Origin: Octopus sinensis
Taxonomy: Eukaryota
Assembly: GCF_006345805.1 (NCBI RefSeq)
Contig: NW_021824760.1
Coordinates: 1 to 20,206, forward strand
Direction: 5' to 3'
Length of the DNA: 20,206 nt
The translations under genes were made by a program, and so were the position numbers. Within the stretch, counting starts at the first letter, position 1, and each line of letters starts with the position of its first letter. Under the pieces are notes generated by a model, which was not told the origin of the DNA, made no database searches, and worked only from the letters and a program-made list of their open reading frames with translations. Below, one piece after another: positions 9,108 through 20,032 of the stretch.

Positions 9108-9285
9108 CATGTACAAATACATACATACAGATAGTCCTCATCATTTTACTGTCCACTTCTCCAGGCTCACATATGCATGTATCTATGAATATACATATAT
9201 ATATATATATGCTCATAGATAAATACATACAGAGATACATACACATATATATGTACATATGTGTACATAAATACATGTATATTTG
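7780..9285. repeat. Compound (TG)/(TA)/(CA) microsatellite fields
   Basis: Read directly; a non-dinucleotide island lies at about 8530-8670. Confidence 0.9.
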
Positions 9286-9590
9286 AAAGCCTCTTGATGG
9301 TTTGCATCATAATGGACCTACAGGATTTTTAATTTCTCAGAAATGGGTTGCTATTGAGGATGATTTTCAGTGTAAGGAAACCTCAGAGTGGTTATGTTAT
9401 TAATAATAATTGAACTTTTCACCTTGCATCACTAACTAGTAAATGCATTAGTGACAAACCAATACTCACCGTTGCATTACTCTGCTTTATTTATATTTGT
9501 TGCATGCTGGAAAGGCGAGGTGTACGTATGGTTGTTGGCTAGTTGCACATATGTTGCAAAGTAAGAAGTTTGCTTCCCAACCATGCTTAA

Positions 9591-9811
9591 CCCTTTAGTG
9601 TTCGCATTATTCTTCCAAAATTAATGCTTCTTTATCCACATTGTTTTGAACTAATCATGCATTATCTTGTAGCTATGAGATTTTGATGAGGTAGCTGTTA
9701 ATTTTTAAAACGATATTGTAGGGTTGGTGTGAGAGACCAGATCTGGCCAGTTTGAACATAAAACGGGCAGAATACTTTTGGCCGGATATGGCTGGTTTAA
9801 ATGCTAAAGAG
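9591..9811. mobile_element. MITE with TTAA target duplication (piggyBac-like ends)
   Basis: TTAA at 9587-9590 and 9812-9815; imperfect TIRs ccctttagtgt / atgctaaagag; 221 bp, non-coding. Confidence 0.75.
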
Positions 9812-9881
9812 TTAAGGTGCCACCATGTGGCACCTTGAGTAAATGTCTTCTGCTATAGACCCAGGCTGACCAAACCCTTGT

Positions 9882-10105
9882 GAGCTGGCAGAAACGTTAG
9901 CACACCGGGTGAAATGCTTAGAAGTATTTCATCTGTCGGTATGTTCTGGGTTCAAATTCTGCCAAGGTCGACTTTGCCTTTCATCCTTTCGAGGTCGATA
10001 AATTAAGTACCAGTTACGCACTGGGGTCGATGTAATCGACTTAATCCCTTTGTCTGTCCTTGTTTGTCCCCTCTATGTTTAGCCCCTTGTGGGCAATAAT
10101 GAAAT
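9882..10105 (+). mobile_element. SINE family B (tail B1) nested in SINE A
   Basis: Head gagctggcagaaacgttagc; B-box ggttcaaattc 9949-9959; collinear with 13743-13974. Confidence 0.85.
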
Positions 10106-10374
10106 CAGAAACTGAAAGTAGCCCATTTCCCGTGTGCACATGTGTGCGCGTATATGCATCTATTAATCTGTGTTTGAGTTTGTTGTCTACCATCACATCC
10201 CAACCATTATTGGATCATTTACATCTCTGTAACCTAGCTGTCCAGCAAAAAGAGACTGATAGAATAGATACCAGCAATGATGTATGGTGGTTGTTGTATT
10301 GGGTGTGCTGTCACACCCAATGCCACCAAATTTGAAGCAGGGGTACAACAAAAGTTTTCTATTATGATTTGTGT

Positions 10375-10796
10375 AGGCGTAGAAGTGGCTGTGTGGTAAG
10401 TTGCTTGCTTACGAGCCACATGGTTCCGGGTTCAGTCCCACTACGTGGCACCTTGGGCAAGTGCTTTCTACTATAGCCTCGGGCCGACCAAAGCCTTGTG
10501 AGTGGATTTGGTAGACGGAAACTGAAAGAAGCCCGTCGTATATATGTATATATATATATATATGTGTGTGTGTGTTGTGTGTGTGTGTGTGTTTGCGTGT
10601 CTGTGTTTGTCCCCCCAACATCGCTTGACAACCGATGCTGGTGTGTTTACGTCCCCGTAACTTAGCAGTTCGGTAAAAGGAGTCCGATAGTATAAGTACT
10701 GGGCTTACAATGAATAAGTCCTGGGGTCAAGTTGCTCGACTAAAGGCGGTGCTCCAACATGGCCGCAGTCAAATGACTGAAACAAGTAAAAGAGTA
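10375..10796 (+). mobile_element. Full-length tRNA-derived SINE family A with internal (TA)(TG) microsatellite
   Basis: A-box TGGCTGTGTGG 10386-10396; B-box GGTTCAGTCCC 10429-10439; tail gactgaaacaagtaaaagagta; matches the copies at 12678 and 19352. Confidence 0.9.
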
Positions 10797-10869
10797 AATT
10801 AACGAGTAAGGTTAATATTTACACACCTGAAATATACACCCCTGGTAACAAGCTTATGAAAAAAAAAGG

Positions 10870-11250
10870 GAATGGGGTCAAATTGTTCCACTAAACACTT
10901 CAAGACGGTGCTCCAGCATGGCCGTACTCCAATGACTATAACAGGTAAAAGATAAAAAAATAAAGATACACTACTTGTTTTATCAGGTTTTAAGAGAAAA
11001 AGTAAATACTGGGTTTGCTTTGTTGGGTTAAACCCTTAAAGGTGGTACCCCAGCATGGTCGCAGTGCAATGAGGGAAGCCAGAAAAAGATAAGACAAAAA
11101 GATACACCACTTATTTAACCAGGTTTTGAAAGAAAGTGTCACTACTGGTTTTGATTTGTTTAGCTGATCCTTTCAAGGTGGTGCCCCAGCATGGCCACAG
11201 TAAAGTGAGTGAAACGAAGAAAAAGACGAAAGGCGAAAAGATACACCATT
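10870..11250 (+). repeat. Three degenerate tandem copies (about 136 bp) of the SINE A 3' end
   Basis: ccagcatgg at 10913, 11050 and 11186, each followed by aaagata-cac(t/c)a. Confidence 0.65.
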
Positions 11251-11339
11251 TGTTTACAACGTATGAGTCTCAAAGCAATGATGCTATTAACCCCTTGATT
11301 AAGCAGCTGCTCTGTTCTGTCATGTTGTGTGAAACACAT

Positions 11340-11495
11340 AAAGAGACCCCTGTTGGTTTCAATGATGAAGGGTCACCAGTGCGATCAGTTGAATGACCTG
11401 CTTGTTGAATCATATTAGAGCGGGGTTTATTAATTCCGCAGATGCTGGTAACCTTAATGTAACAATTAGGAGACCAAATCAACATGGCACAGTGT
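11340..11495. mobile_element. Possible highly diverged SINE body
   Basis: Resembles, from memory only, the internal region of an octopus SINE (cctgcttgttgaa...accttaatgta...acacag); not verifiable within this window. Confidence 0.25.
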
Positions 11496-11513
11496 ACGTG
11501 ACAAAGTTGTACT

Positions 11514-11514
<1 letters not shown>

Positions 11515-11547
<33 letters not shown>

Positions 11548-11668
11548 GTGTGTGTGTAGAAAGATATATATATATCTATATGTATGTGTGTATGGGTATT
11601 GGTATATGTTTGTGTGTGTATACATATATATGTATATCTGTATATATATATATGTGTATATATCTGTA

Positions 11669-11765
<97 letters not shown>

Positions 11766-12025
11766 ATAAATTCATACATACGTATGTTTATATACATTTA
11801 TATAGATAAATAGATTGATGTACACACATGGTTATTTTTATACACATATGTACACATATCAATCTCTATGTCTGTCTGTCTGTCTATCTATTTATCTATC
11901 TATCTATCTATCTGTCTGTCTGTCTGTCTGTCTATCTAAATGCATACATATATGCGCATATGTATATTTCTATATAAGTCTGTGTGTGTGTATGTGTATG
12001 TGTGTGTGTGTGCATGCACATGCAC
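11515..12025. repeat. Compound (TA)/(TG)/(CT)/(TCTA)/(TCTG) microsatellite
   Basis: Read directly. Confidence 0.95.
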
Positions 12026-12677
12026 TCTCAATGATACTTTGGGAGACTGCTGAAGTTTGCTCATGTTGGCGGTGAATTTTTGGCAGTTCCCCGTTTCCCA
12101 GATGAACCAATAATACGAAGACCAGATCAGGCTGAACAATCAGCTGTGGGGAATCAAGCACAGAATTCAATGAAACAATACCGGCCGAGGTACACTTGGC
12201 CAACACCCAGAATGTATACGCAGCAGTTGGAACCAGATGCCTCTTTTGTTAGCCATGCACTGTTAGGAAGCATTCTTTGCATCATCAACTTTTCGCTTTG
12301 CTTGCTCATGTTGGCGCGAAGCTGGTAATGGGAACAAAGCAAGGGAAAGAGGTTGGGGGGGGGGGGAGGGCAGTTTGGTTAACATAAGGGCCTTCATTTA
12401 GTTGAAACCCTTGCTGCACCACATCATTCTGTTTCCATCTGAATAACCATATTTTGCTGTTGTTGTTGCATTTGTTGCTAATTGTAGGTTTATTAGATAC
12501 AAATAACGAAGCGGTAAAATCAATCGAGTTTTGAGGCGTAAGCAGCTTTTGTTTAGCGTGTGAAGGACTTGATTGTTATTTCAATTATAACAAAGCCTCT
12601 GTGAGGATGAAACACAATAGCTGGCATGAGGTGGATTTGAACTCGGAATACAAAAGTGTGTGAAGAAATATTGAACA

Positions 12678-13380
12678 TGGCTGTGTGGTAAGTAATTTGC
12701 TTACGAACCACATGGTTCTGGGTTCAGTTCCACTGTGTGGCACCTTGGGCAAGTGTCTTCTACTATAGCCTTGGGCCAACCAAAGCCTTGTGAGTGGATC
12801 TGGTAGACAGAAACTGAAAGAAGACCATTGTATATATGTATACATATATATATATATATTTCAATAGGTGAATGAATTATGCTGTGTTTACCGTCGGCAG
12901 GGAAAATTTGATGAACCGATACCAGGTATATTTTTATATATATATATATATATACATATATCTAAAAATACAAAATGGGACAAGAACGCAAAAGATCCAG
13001 ATAGATGATACAAAAAACACGGATGGGTCATTCAAAGCCTTTAATCTTCAGTCAAGAACTGGATCATCCTCACAATTTTGGCTGATTAATCTTGAGATTG
13101 CTCCAATCTGGCCAGCCCCCAGGAAAAACTAAGCTAAGAGCATTAGATGTATGTGTGTGTATACGTTTGTGTGCCTGTGTTTGTCACCCCAACATCGCTT
13201 GACAACCGATGCTGGTGTGTTTGCGTCCCCGTAACTTAGCGGTTCGGCGAAAGAGACCGATAGAATAAGTACTGGGCTTACAAAGATTAAGTCCTGGGGG
13301 TCGATTTGATTGACTAAAGGCGGTGCTCCAGCATGGCCACAGTCAAATGACAGAAACAAGTAAAAGAGTAAAGAGAGTAA
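12678..13380 (+). mobile_element. SINE family A split by an insertion in its internal microsatellite
   Basis: 5' half 12678-12860 and 3' half 13150-13380 are both collinear with 10375-10796. Confidence 0.85.
12861..13149. mobile_element. Unclassified 289-bp insertion (possibly a Penelope-like terminal fragment)
   Basis: Absent from the homologous intact SINE at 10375; contains a minus-strand CTGAAGA (13045-13051). Class is inference only. Confidence 0.45.
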
Positions 13381-13742
13381 CTCCCTTGACTGAGTAGGAG
13401 TAGATTTATGAGAGGGACAAAATTTATATTATTTACTTTCACTTTTGATTGCCTAGATACCACTTTTACTTCTTATCAGTGAGCATGCTGGGCAGAAGAC
13501 ATTTAAGCAATCACAGCCCTCCCCTGGTATCTTGCTCTATGGAGCTCACAATGTAAGAGGTTCATTGATGCACAGTTGGTAGTGTAATGGTTTACCTCTG
13601 CTGTCCCTTTTGATTCTGTTCTTCAATGATTTTTAAACTCTGCATACTTCACTGTTCTCTGGTCTCTCTCTCTCTCTCTCTCTGTGAGCTTTGCTTTCTG
13701 GCCAGAACCATGGCTTTACCAGAGCTGGCTTTACCTTTGGAA

Positions 13743-13974
13743 GGCGGCAAGTTGGCAGAAACATTAGCACAACGGGCGAAATGCGTAGCCGTATTTCGTC
13801 TGCTGTTATGTTCTAAGTTCAAATTCCACCGAGGTTGATGTTGCCTTTCATCCTTTCGGGGTCAAAAAAATTAAGTACCAGTTATGCACTGAGGTCGATA
13901 TAATCGACTTAATCCGTTTGTCTGTCCTTGTTTGTCCTCTCTGTGTTTAGCCCCTTGTGGGTAGTAAAGAAATA
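13743..13974 (+). mobile_element. Full-length SINE family B (tail B1)
   Basis: Head ggcggcaagttggcagaaacattagc; B-box agttcaaattcc; tail gccccttgtgggtagtaaagaaata. Confidence 0.85.
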
Positions 13975-14290
13975 ATAATGAAATTATTGTATATAGTGCT
14001 CAGGTGCACCACAACTTATGAAAAGTGCGTATAAAGCATATGCAGCAATGCAGAAATGTCTGGGAAGTGAACAGTGTATGAGTCAAATACATACTTGCGT
14101 GTGTATGGAGGGGAGAAAATTAGGTGTAGTGTTGGTGAATCTCAGGAAGCATGGAAGTTTTGAAGGATGCAGTGCCCTGACAACAAGCAACTGATGCCAG
14201 CAGTTTGTCCCATACTTCAGCAACTCTTAGCATGAAAAATGTTTCCGAAAGTCATGGGAGCTGTGCTGTTTTCTGACTTTGTAAACATGT
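13975..14290 (-). mobile_element. CR1-like LINE 3' end (ORF2 C-terminus, 3'UTR and short tail)
   Basis: HVYKVRKQHSSHDFRKHF / (1-nt frameshift) FMLRVAEVWDKLLASVACCQGTASFKTSMLPEIHQHYT* (stop 14120-14122), matching the RxxFFxxRVxxxWNxLP motif at CR1/L2-group ORF2 ends. Confidence 0.7.
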
Positions 14291-14309
14291 TTGGTTGTGG
14301 AATACCATA

Positions 14310-14428
14310 CTTGATTTTAGAGACTGAGACTCTTGAAGGATTAAATGATTCCGTAGGTTTATTGACTAAAGCTGCTTGCCATCCGTGCTCCAACAATTTG
14401 TCCTCTGTGGAAATCAGATAGGTCATAT
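14310..14428 (-). mobile_element. Tc1/mariner transposase N-terminal fragment (pseudogenised)
   Basis: DLSDFHRGQIVGARMA (D codon 14422-14424), then after a frameshift ALVNKPTESFNPSRVSVSKI; resembles the Tc1-family paired-like HTH start DLSDFERGQIVGAR...VSRxTVSK. Confidence 0.65.
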
Positions 14429-14479
14429 ATCTTTATTTAAATGCGAATATCAGTGTAAAAAGCAAACAGAGGCCTATAT

Positions 14480-14658
14480 CATGAAGTACTATGTATACAT
14501 AATATATATATATATATATTATATATATATTATATATATTATATACACACATATACATATAAATACATATATATATATACATATACACATAATAAATATA
14601 TATATACATACCACATATATATACATATATATATTTGACATAATATATACACACTATC

Positions 14659-14692
<34 letters not shown>

Positions 14693-15340
14693 CATAACTA
14701 TATATATAATATACATATATATACATACATATATATATATATACATATATATACATATATATATATATATATGAATAGAAACAGTTTTGAATTTGTCATA
14801 TAGCCAATAGAAAAAATACTTCAATAAGAAGTAAAGATTCTATTTATCATGTCCAACCTTTTTTATGTGTGTGTGGTGTGTGTTATATATATATAGATGT
14901 GTGTGTGTATATACATACACACACACATATGTATATATGCATACACACATATATACACACACTAATATTGAATAGTATCAATGAATGTTTGTAGCCCTCT
15001 CTCTCTAGTGTGTGTATGTATATATATGTGTGTGTGTGTATTTTATTTATACATGTATATATGTTTGTGTTATATATGTATCTCTATGCATACGAATGTA
15101 TCTCTCACTCCCTTTCTATATATGAGTGTGTGTCTGTGAGATTATATATATATATATATATATGTTCTCTATATGTATACACACATGTTCAACCTCAAGT
15201 TTATATTTTTAGATCACAAACAAATTAATATACACATAAAACAAATACAATCACACACACACACATACACACACACACACAAACACACTCACACACACAC
15301 ACTCACACACTCACACAAACATACATAAATACATATAGAG
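14480..15340. repeat. (TA)/(CA)/(TG) microsatellite fields
   Basis: Read directly. Confidence 0.9.
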
Positions 15341-15499
15341 AAGTCAGGAATTTAAAAACATGAACATTTTACAAAATACAAAAAAGTCCCTTTTTTCTCC
15401 CCTAAAACTTAAAAAAAAAATATATTAAAAATTTTCAATAAAATAAAATATCAAATCTTTCTAATCAATAAATTGATTGGATTTATAAACTGCCGATGT

Positions 15500-15830
15500 G
15501 TCAGTTGATTGATGGTGTTGGGGGAAGAGGGGGCATTTGGTGTAGGGATGGCGTTGGGCAGGGTGATGGTGGCGGTGGCGGTTGTATTTGGGTGTGGCTG
15601 GGAGTTACGTCACCTAATGGTGATGATAATGGTTCTGATGTAGGGGATGAATGGTGGTGATGATGATGATGATGATGATGATGGCTTGAGTTTGATGTTG
15701 GTGATAATGACGATGCCGATGTTGTTCGAGATGATGTTGATGATGATGTTGATGATGCTGATAATTTTGATGATGGTGATGATGATGATGGTGATGTTGA
15801 CGATGATGATGATGATGCTGTCATTGGTGC
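15500..15830. repeat. G-rich and (GAT)n low-complexity tract
   Basis: Read directly. Confidence 0.85.
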
Positions 15831-15869
15831 TCTGCTATGCACTGCACGCTGTAAACTGCATCTTCTTCA

Positions 15870-15878
15870 TCGTTTCTT

Positions 15879-15913
<35 letters not shown>

Positions 15914-15917
15914 CTCC

Positions 15918-15954
<37 letters not shown>

Positions 15955-16200
15955 GGTACCACCCTCCATCTCTCTCTTGTTGTCTCCCTGTCCCCTCCTC
16001 ATCCTTGTCCCCTTCTCCCCACCTCCACCTCGCACACCTAACTTTTTTGATTGCCGCTTCTCATTCTTTGTTTGTTTCTGTTGTTTTTTCCTTTTGTTTT
16101 AAATATGTGATTGTGAATATATGCGTGTGTATGTGTGTCAGTCTTTATACATGTATGCGGGTACATATGCATATAGCTATATTTGTATGTGTATCTATGA

Positions 16201-16231
<31 letters not shown>

Positions 16232-16366
16232 TATATGTATATATACACGTGTGCTGTGTGTGTGAATGTTTATACATGTATTTGTATACATGTATAAACA
16301 CACACAATCACACATACATACATGTATGTTTGTATGGATGTATGTGCATAAATGTGTTTGTGGTAT

Positions 16367-16406
<40 letters not shown>

Positions 16407-16900
16407 GTGTATATATGTGTGTATATATATTTATATACATTTATATATATGTGTGTGTGTGTGTGCGTTTGTGAGCATATGTACCTAAAAAAAAAGTTAA
16501 CAAGCTGGAGGGGGTGAATAGAAATGTCTTTACATGCCATGTCTGTTTCCTCCACTCTCCTCCTCGTCTCCAGCCTTTTGCTCTTCCTTTTCTTCTCCTT
16601 CCTCTTCCTATTCCTTCTGGTGCATGTAATTCTGTTTGCACATACACACACACATACACACACACATGCACTTTGTTGCAGTAGAAAATGTTTGCGTATG
16701 TACACGAATACGATGCCCCTGCGTGCCTGTATGTATGTATGTGTATCTGTATGCATGCATGCGTGCGCGCGCGTATGTGTCAGTCTGTATGCGTGCCTCT
16801 GTATGTAAGTGTGTATCTGTATGTTTGAGTCTGTACATGTATCTAAATATCTATACACACACACATACATGTTTGAGTGTCCATGTGTGTGTGTGTGTGT
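15870..16900. repeat. (CT)/(TA)/(TG)/(CA) microsatellite fields
   Basis: Read directly. Confidence 0.85.
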
Positions 16901-17029
16901 GTGTCCTCGTGTGCTTTGGCTATGCAGGCAGGCTGTTGGAAATCTGTGTGTGTCTAACCCACTCCAGCTCTGTACTTAAGAGTTGATATTCATCAACTAA
17001 AGACAACTTAAGTGGATTATTACCTCATT

Positions 17030-18010
17030 GTCGATGATGACGAGATGATGGCGATGACGACGACAGAAGATGATTGCATTATAACGATAACAATAGACTA
17101 TAGCATGATGATGATGATGAGGAGGAGGAGGATGTTATCGTCAGTGTTGATGTTGGGAATAGCATGTAAGGATGATGATGATGACAATGATGATGACGAC
17201 GAGGATGATGATGATGATGAAGATGATGACAAAGCTGGTGATGATGAGTGTATGACACAGATAGCGATGATGCTTGTGATGATGATGATAGTGATGTTGA
17301 CAATTGTGATGATGATGGGGATGATGACGATGAGGATGATGAGAGCGATGATGATGACAGTGTTGATGATGACGATGATGATAGAGATAGTGATAATTAT
17401 GATGATGATGATGACGACTGTGGTGATGATGATGCTGATGGTGACAGAATGATTGTGATGATGACAGTGAGTGTGATGATGATGATGATAGTGATGTTGA
17501 CAATTGTGATGTTGACAATTGTGATGATGTTGATGATAGTGATGATGACGAGGATGATGAGAGCGATGATGATGACAGTGTTGATGATGACGATGATGAT
17601 AGAGATGGTGATAATTATGATGATGACGACGACTAAGGTGATGATGATGCTGATGGTGACGGAATGATTGTGATGATGACGGTTTGTGTTCGATGATGAC
17701 GATGACGTGGATAATGCTGGTGATGATAAGGACAATGGTCATCGTCATTATGAAGGTGAAGACGAAGATGCAACGTTGATAACACGAGAGATGATGAAAA
17801 TGATGATAACAACGGCAATAATTACATGACGATAATTAATGACGGCAACAATGAAATTATGATAACAATGATTGTATAATGAAGATAGTGATGAAGATGA
17901 TGATGATGATGATGTTTTATAATATCGACAATGATGATGATGATGATAGTCATGGACAGTGTTTCTGATGATTATGTCTATGATGATGATGATGACAATG
18001 ATGATGAGAG
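17030..18010. repeat. About 1-kb cryptic (GAT/GAC)n trinucleotide tract with internal duplication
   Basis: Read directly; gagagcgatg at 17341 and 17559. Confidence 0.9.
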
Positions 18011-18394
18011 CAAAGCACAATTCGTTTAATTAGCTTTAAGGCAGACAAGCTTTTGTTTTCATTAACTACCTGTTGTTGTTGTTGTTGTTAATGTTGTTGA
18101 TGCTCTGTTTTTTGTTTTTGATTTTTTTTCTTATATTTGTTTTTGCCAATTTATATTTTTTTTACTTCTTTAAAATGAAAGATGTTTGTTATTGTTGTTC
18201 TTGTTCTTGTTCTTTCCTTCCTTCCCTCCTTCACGTTTGATTTTATTCAATGGTTAAACGTGTGTGTGCATGCATGCATGTAGGTGTGTGTTTTACGAGT
18301 CGGGGAATGTTTGGGTTACTAATTTAGTTTAAGGGTCTGAAACATGCACAGTATTTAAAATGCAAATTAAAACAAATAAAAACGCTACTGTTTC

Positions 18395-18705
18395 AAAAAT
18401 ATTCACACAAACACACACACACACAACACACACACACCACACACACACCACACACACGCACCACACATACACACATGCACACACATACACACACACACAC
18501 ACCACACATGCCACACACGCACCCCACACACACCACACACACACACACACCACGCCACACACACACACACGCACACCACACACACCACACACACCACACA
18601 CCACACACACACATACACCACACACACACACCACACACACACACGACGCACACCACACACACACACACACACATACAGCACACACACACACACACACACA
18701 CACAG
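18395..18705. repeat. Degenerate (CA)n/(CAC) microsatellite
   Basis: Read directly. Confidence 0.95.
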
Positions 18706-18840
18706 AGGATGCAATATCATAAGGGAAAGAATGACAGCAACGACTTCAAAGTCATTGTTATGAGACTCCTTGAAAAGGTCTAATAGATATGTACTTTAGA
18801 ACAAGTATTGAATAATTCTTCAGTTTAATGTAAAATTATG

Positions 18841-19340
18841 GGTGTCTGTAATGACATGTATAAGATCTGGTCATCAAATCTAAGTAGAGACTTCAAACTT
18901 GAAATCTTCTAAGCCACAGTCGAACCAATTCTACTATATGGCTCAGAAACCTGGACGTTATCAAAGAAGCTTGAGAGGTGGTTGGATGGAACCTACACTT
19001 GCCTCCTTATGAGAGGTCAAAATCTCTCATGGAAGCGCCATCCAACCAAAATGCAAATATATGGGAAACTACCACCTGTGTCATCTCTTGTGAAAGGTAG
19101 GAGAGTCCAGTTTGCTGGACATTGTTGTAGAGCTGAAAAAGAGGTAATTTCTACTCTTCTCCTCTGGAAGCTATCTACTCGCAATACCAGAGGGCGCTCA
19201 CTCTCCTACCCTGATGCAATCTCCAGGGATACAGGCTTCCAGCAACAGGACCTCCGTAATGCCATGACGGACTGTGAAGTCTGGCCTAGCATGGTAAATT
19301 CCATTGTCTCGACCACGGTCGAACAATGATGATGATGATG
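18841..19340 (+). mobile_element. RTE-clade LINE 3' end with (TGA)n tail
   Basis: One frame: GVCNDMYKIWSSNLSRDFKLEIF*ATVEPILLYGSETWTLSKKLERWLDGTYTCLLMR...RRVQFAGHCCRA...STTVEQ*; contains the LLYGSETW and (W/F)AGH motifs; single in-frame stop at 18910-18912. Confidence 0.85.
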
Positions 19341-19351
19341 GGTGTGTTTTA

Positions 19352-19765
19352 TTTTCATTTTAACTTGTTTTCAGTCTTTTGACTGTGGCCATGCTGGGGC
19401 ACCGCCTTGAAGAATTTTGGTCTAAGGAATCAGCTCTGCTACATGTTTTCTGTATCTTTTTTTTTAGGCATGATATACTTATTCTACCAGTTTCTTTTGC
19501 CAAGCTGCTAAGTCGCAGGGACATAAACACACCAACACCGGTTGTCAAGCCATGGTGGGGATAAACATAGATGCAAAGATGCATGGATATACACATACAT
19601 ATATGACTGACTTTCAGTTTCTGACAACCAAATTCACTCAGGAGGCCTTGGTTCACCTGGGGAGGCCTACAGTAGAAGAGACACTTGCTCAAGGTGCCAT
19701 GGAATGGGACTGGACCCAGTACCATGTGGTTAGGGAAGAAACTTCTTATCACACAGTCATCCCTG
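19352..19765 (-). mobile_element. Diverged full-length SINE family A
   Basis: Reverse complement is collinear with 10375-10796 (gactgtggccatgctggggcaccgcc; acacttgctcaaggtgcca; cttcttatcacacagtca). Confidence 0.75.
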
Positions 19766-19870
19766 TTAAAAAAATAAAACTCATTACAAAAACAAACATT
19801 AATATATAATATATATATGCGTGTATGTGAATGTGTATGTATATATATAATATATATACATTTCAAAATG

Positions 19871-20032
19871 TGACCTCGTGTATACCGTTGGCGATTTTTT
19901 TCTTCTGTCTTCCCTTCTCTGGATCTTTCCTTCTCCTATGTTTCCGACGAAGAGCTCCCTGAGCATCCAATAATACTATATTTGTTCCACGTCCTCGCGT
20001 TGTTGTGTTTTTTTGTGCTTTCTTGTTTGGAT

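Larger units (their letters stand above)
9543..10275 (+). mobile_element. Old SINE family A copy interrupted by two insertions
   Basis: Collinear pieces relative to 10375-10796: gtaagaagtttgcttcccaaccatg | gtggcaccttgagtaaatgtcttctgctatag...cccttgtgag | cagaaactgaaagtagccc ... gtaacctagc...aaaagagactgatagaata. Confidence 0.65.

Noticed and set aside
9470-9506. Minus-strand 37-nt exon candidate (cctttccAG ... CG|GTGAGT)
   Set aside because: Splice signals are good but all three frames contain stops; it could only be a non-coding or UTR exon and nothing else supports it.
10375-10445. SINE heads as tRNA genes
   Set aside because: They have A/B boxes but no complete cloverleaf, and they continue into repeat bodies and tails.
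13010-13110. Minus-strand CTGAAGA in the insertion as a hammerhead
   Set aside because: Followed by TTGAAT rather than GAAA, with no convincing stem II or stem III.
16974-17013. Hairpin agttgat-attc-atcaact flanked by two cttaag
   Set aside because: Too short to call a MITE, and the ends lack the CCC/GGG of the TTAA element at 9591.
17012-17748. Acidic poly-Asp or His-rich protein
   Set aside because: Frames switch between poly-D and poly-M within ORFs, no splice context was identified, and it is part of a GAT tract.
18785-18830. Minus-strand CTGAAGA at 18817-18823
   Set aside because: No GAAA at a suitable distance and no paired stem II.
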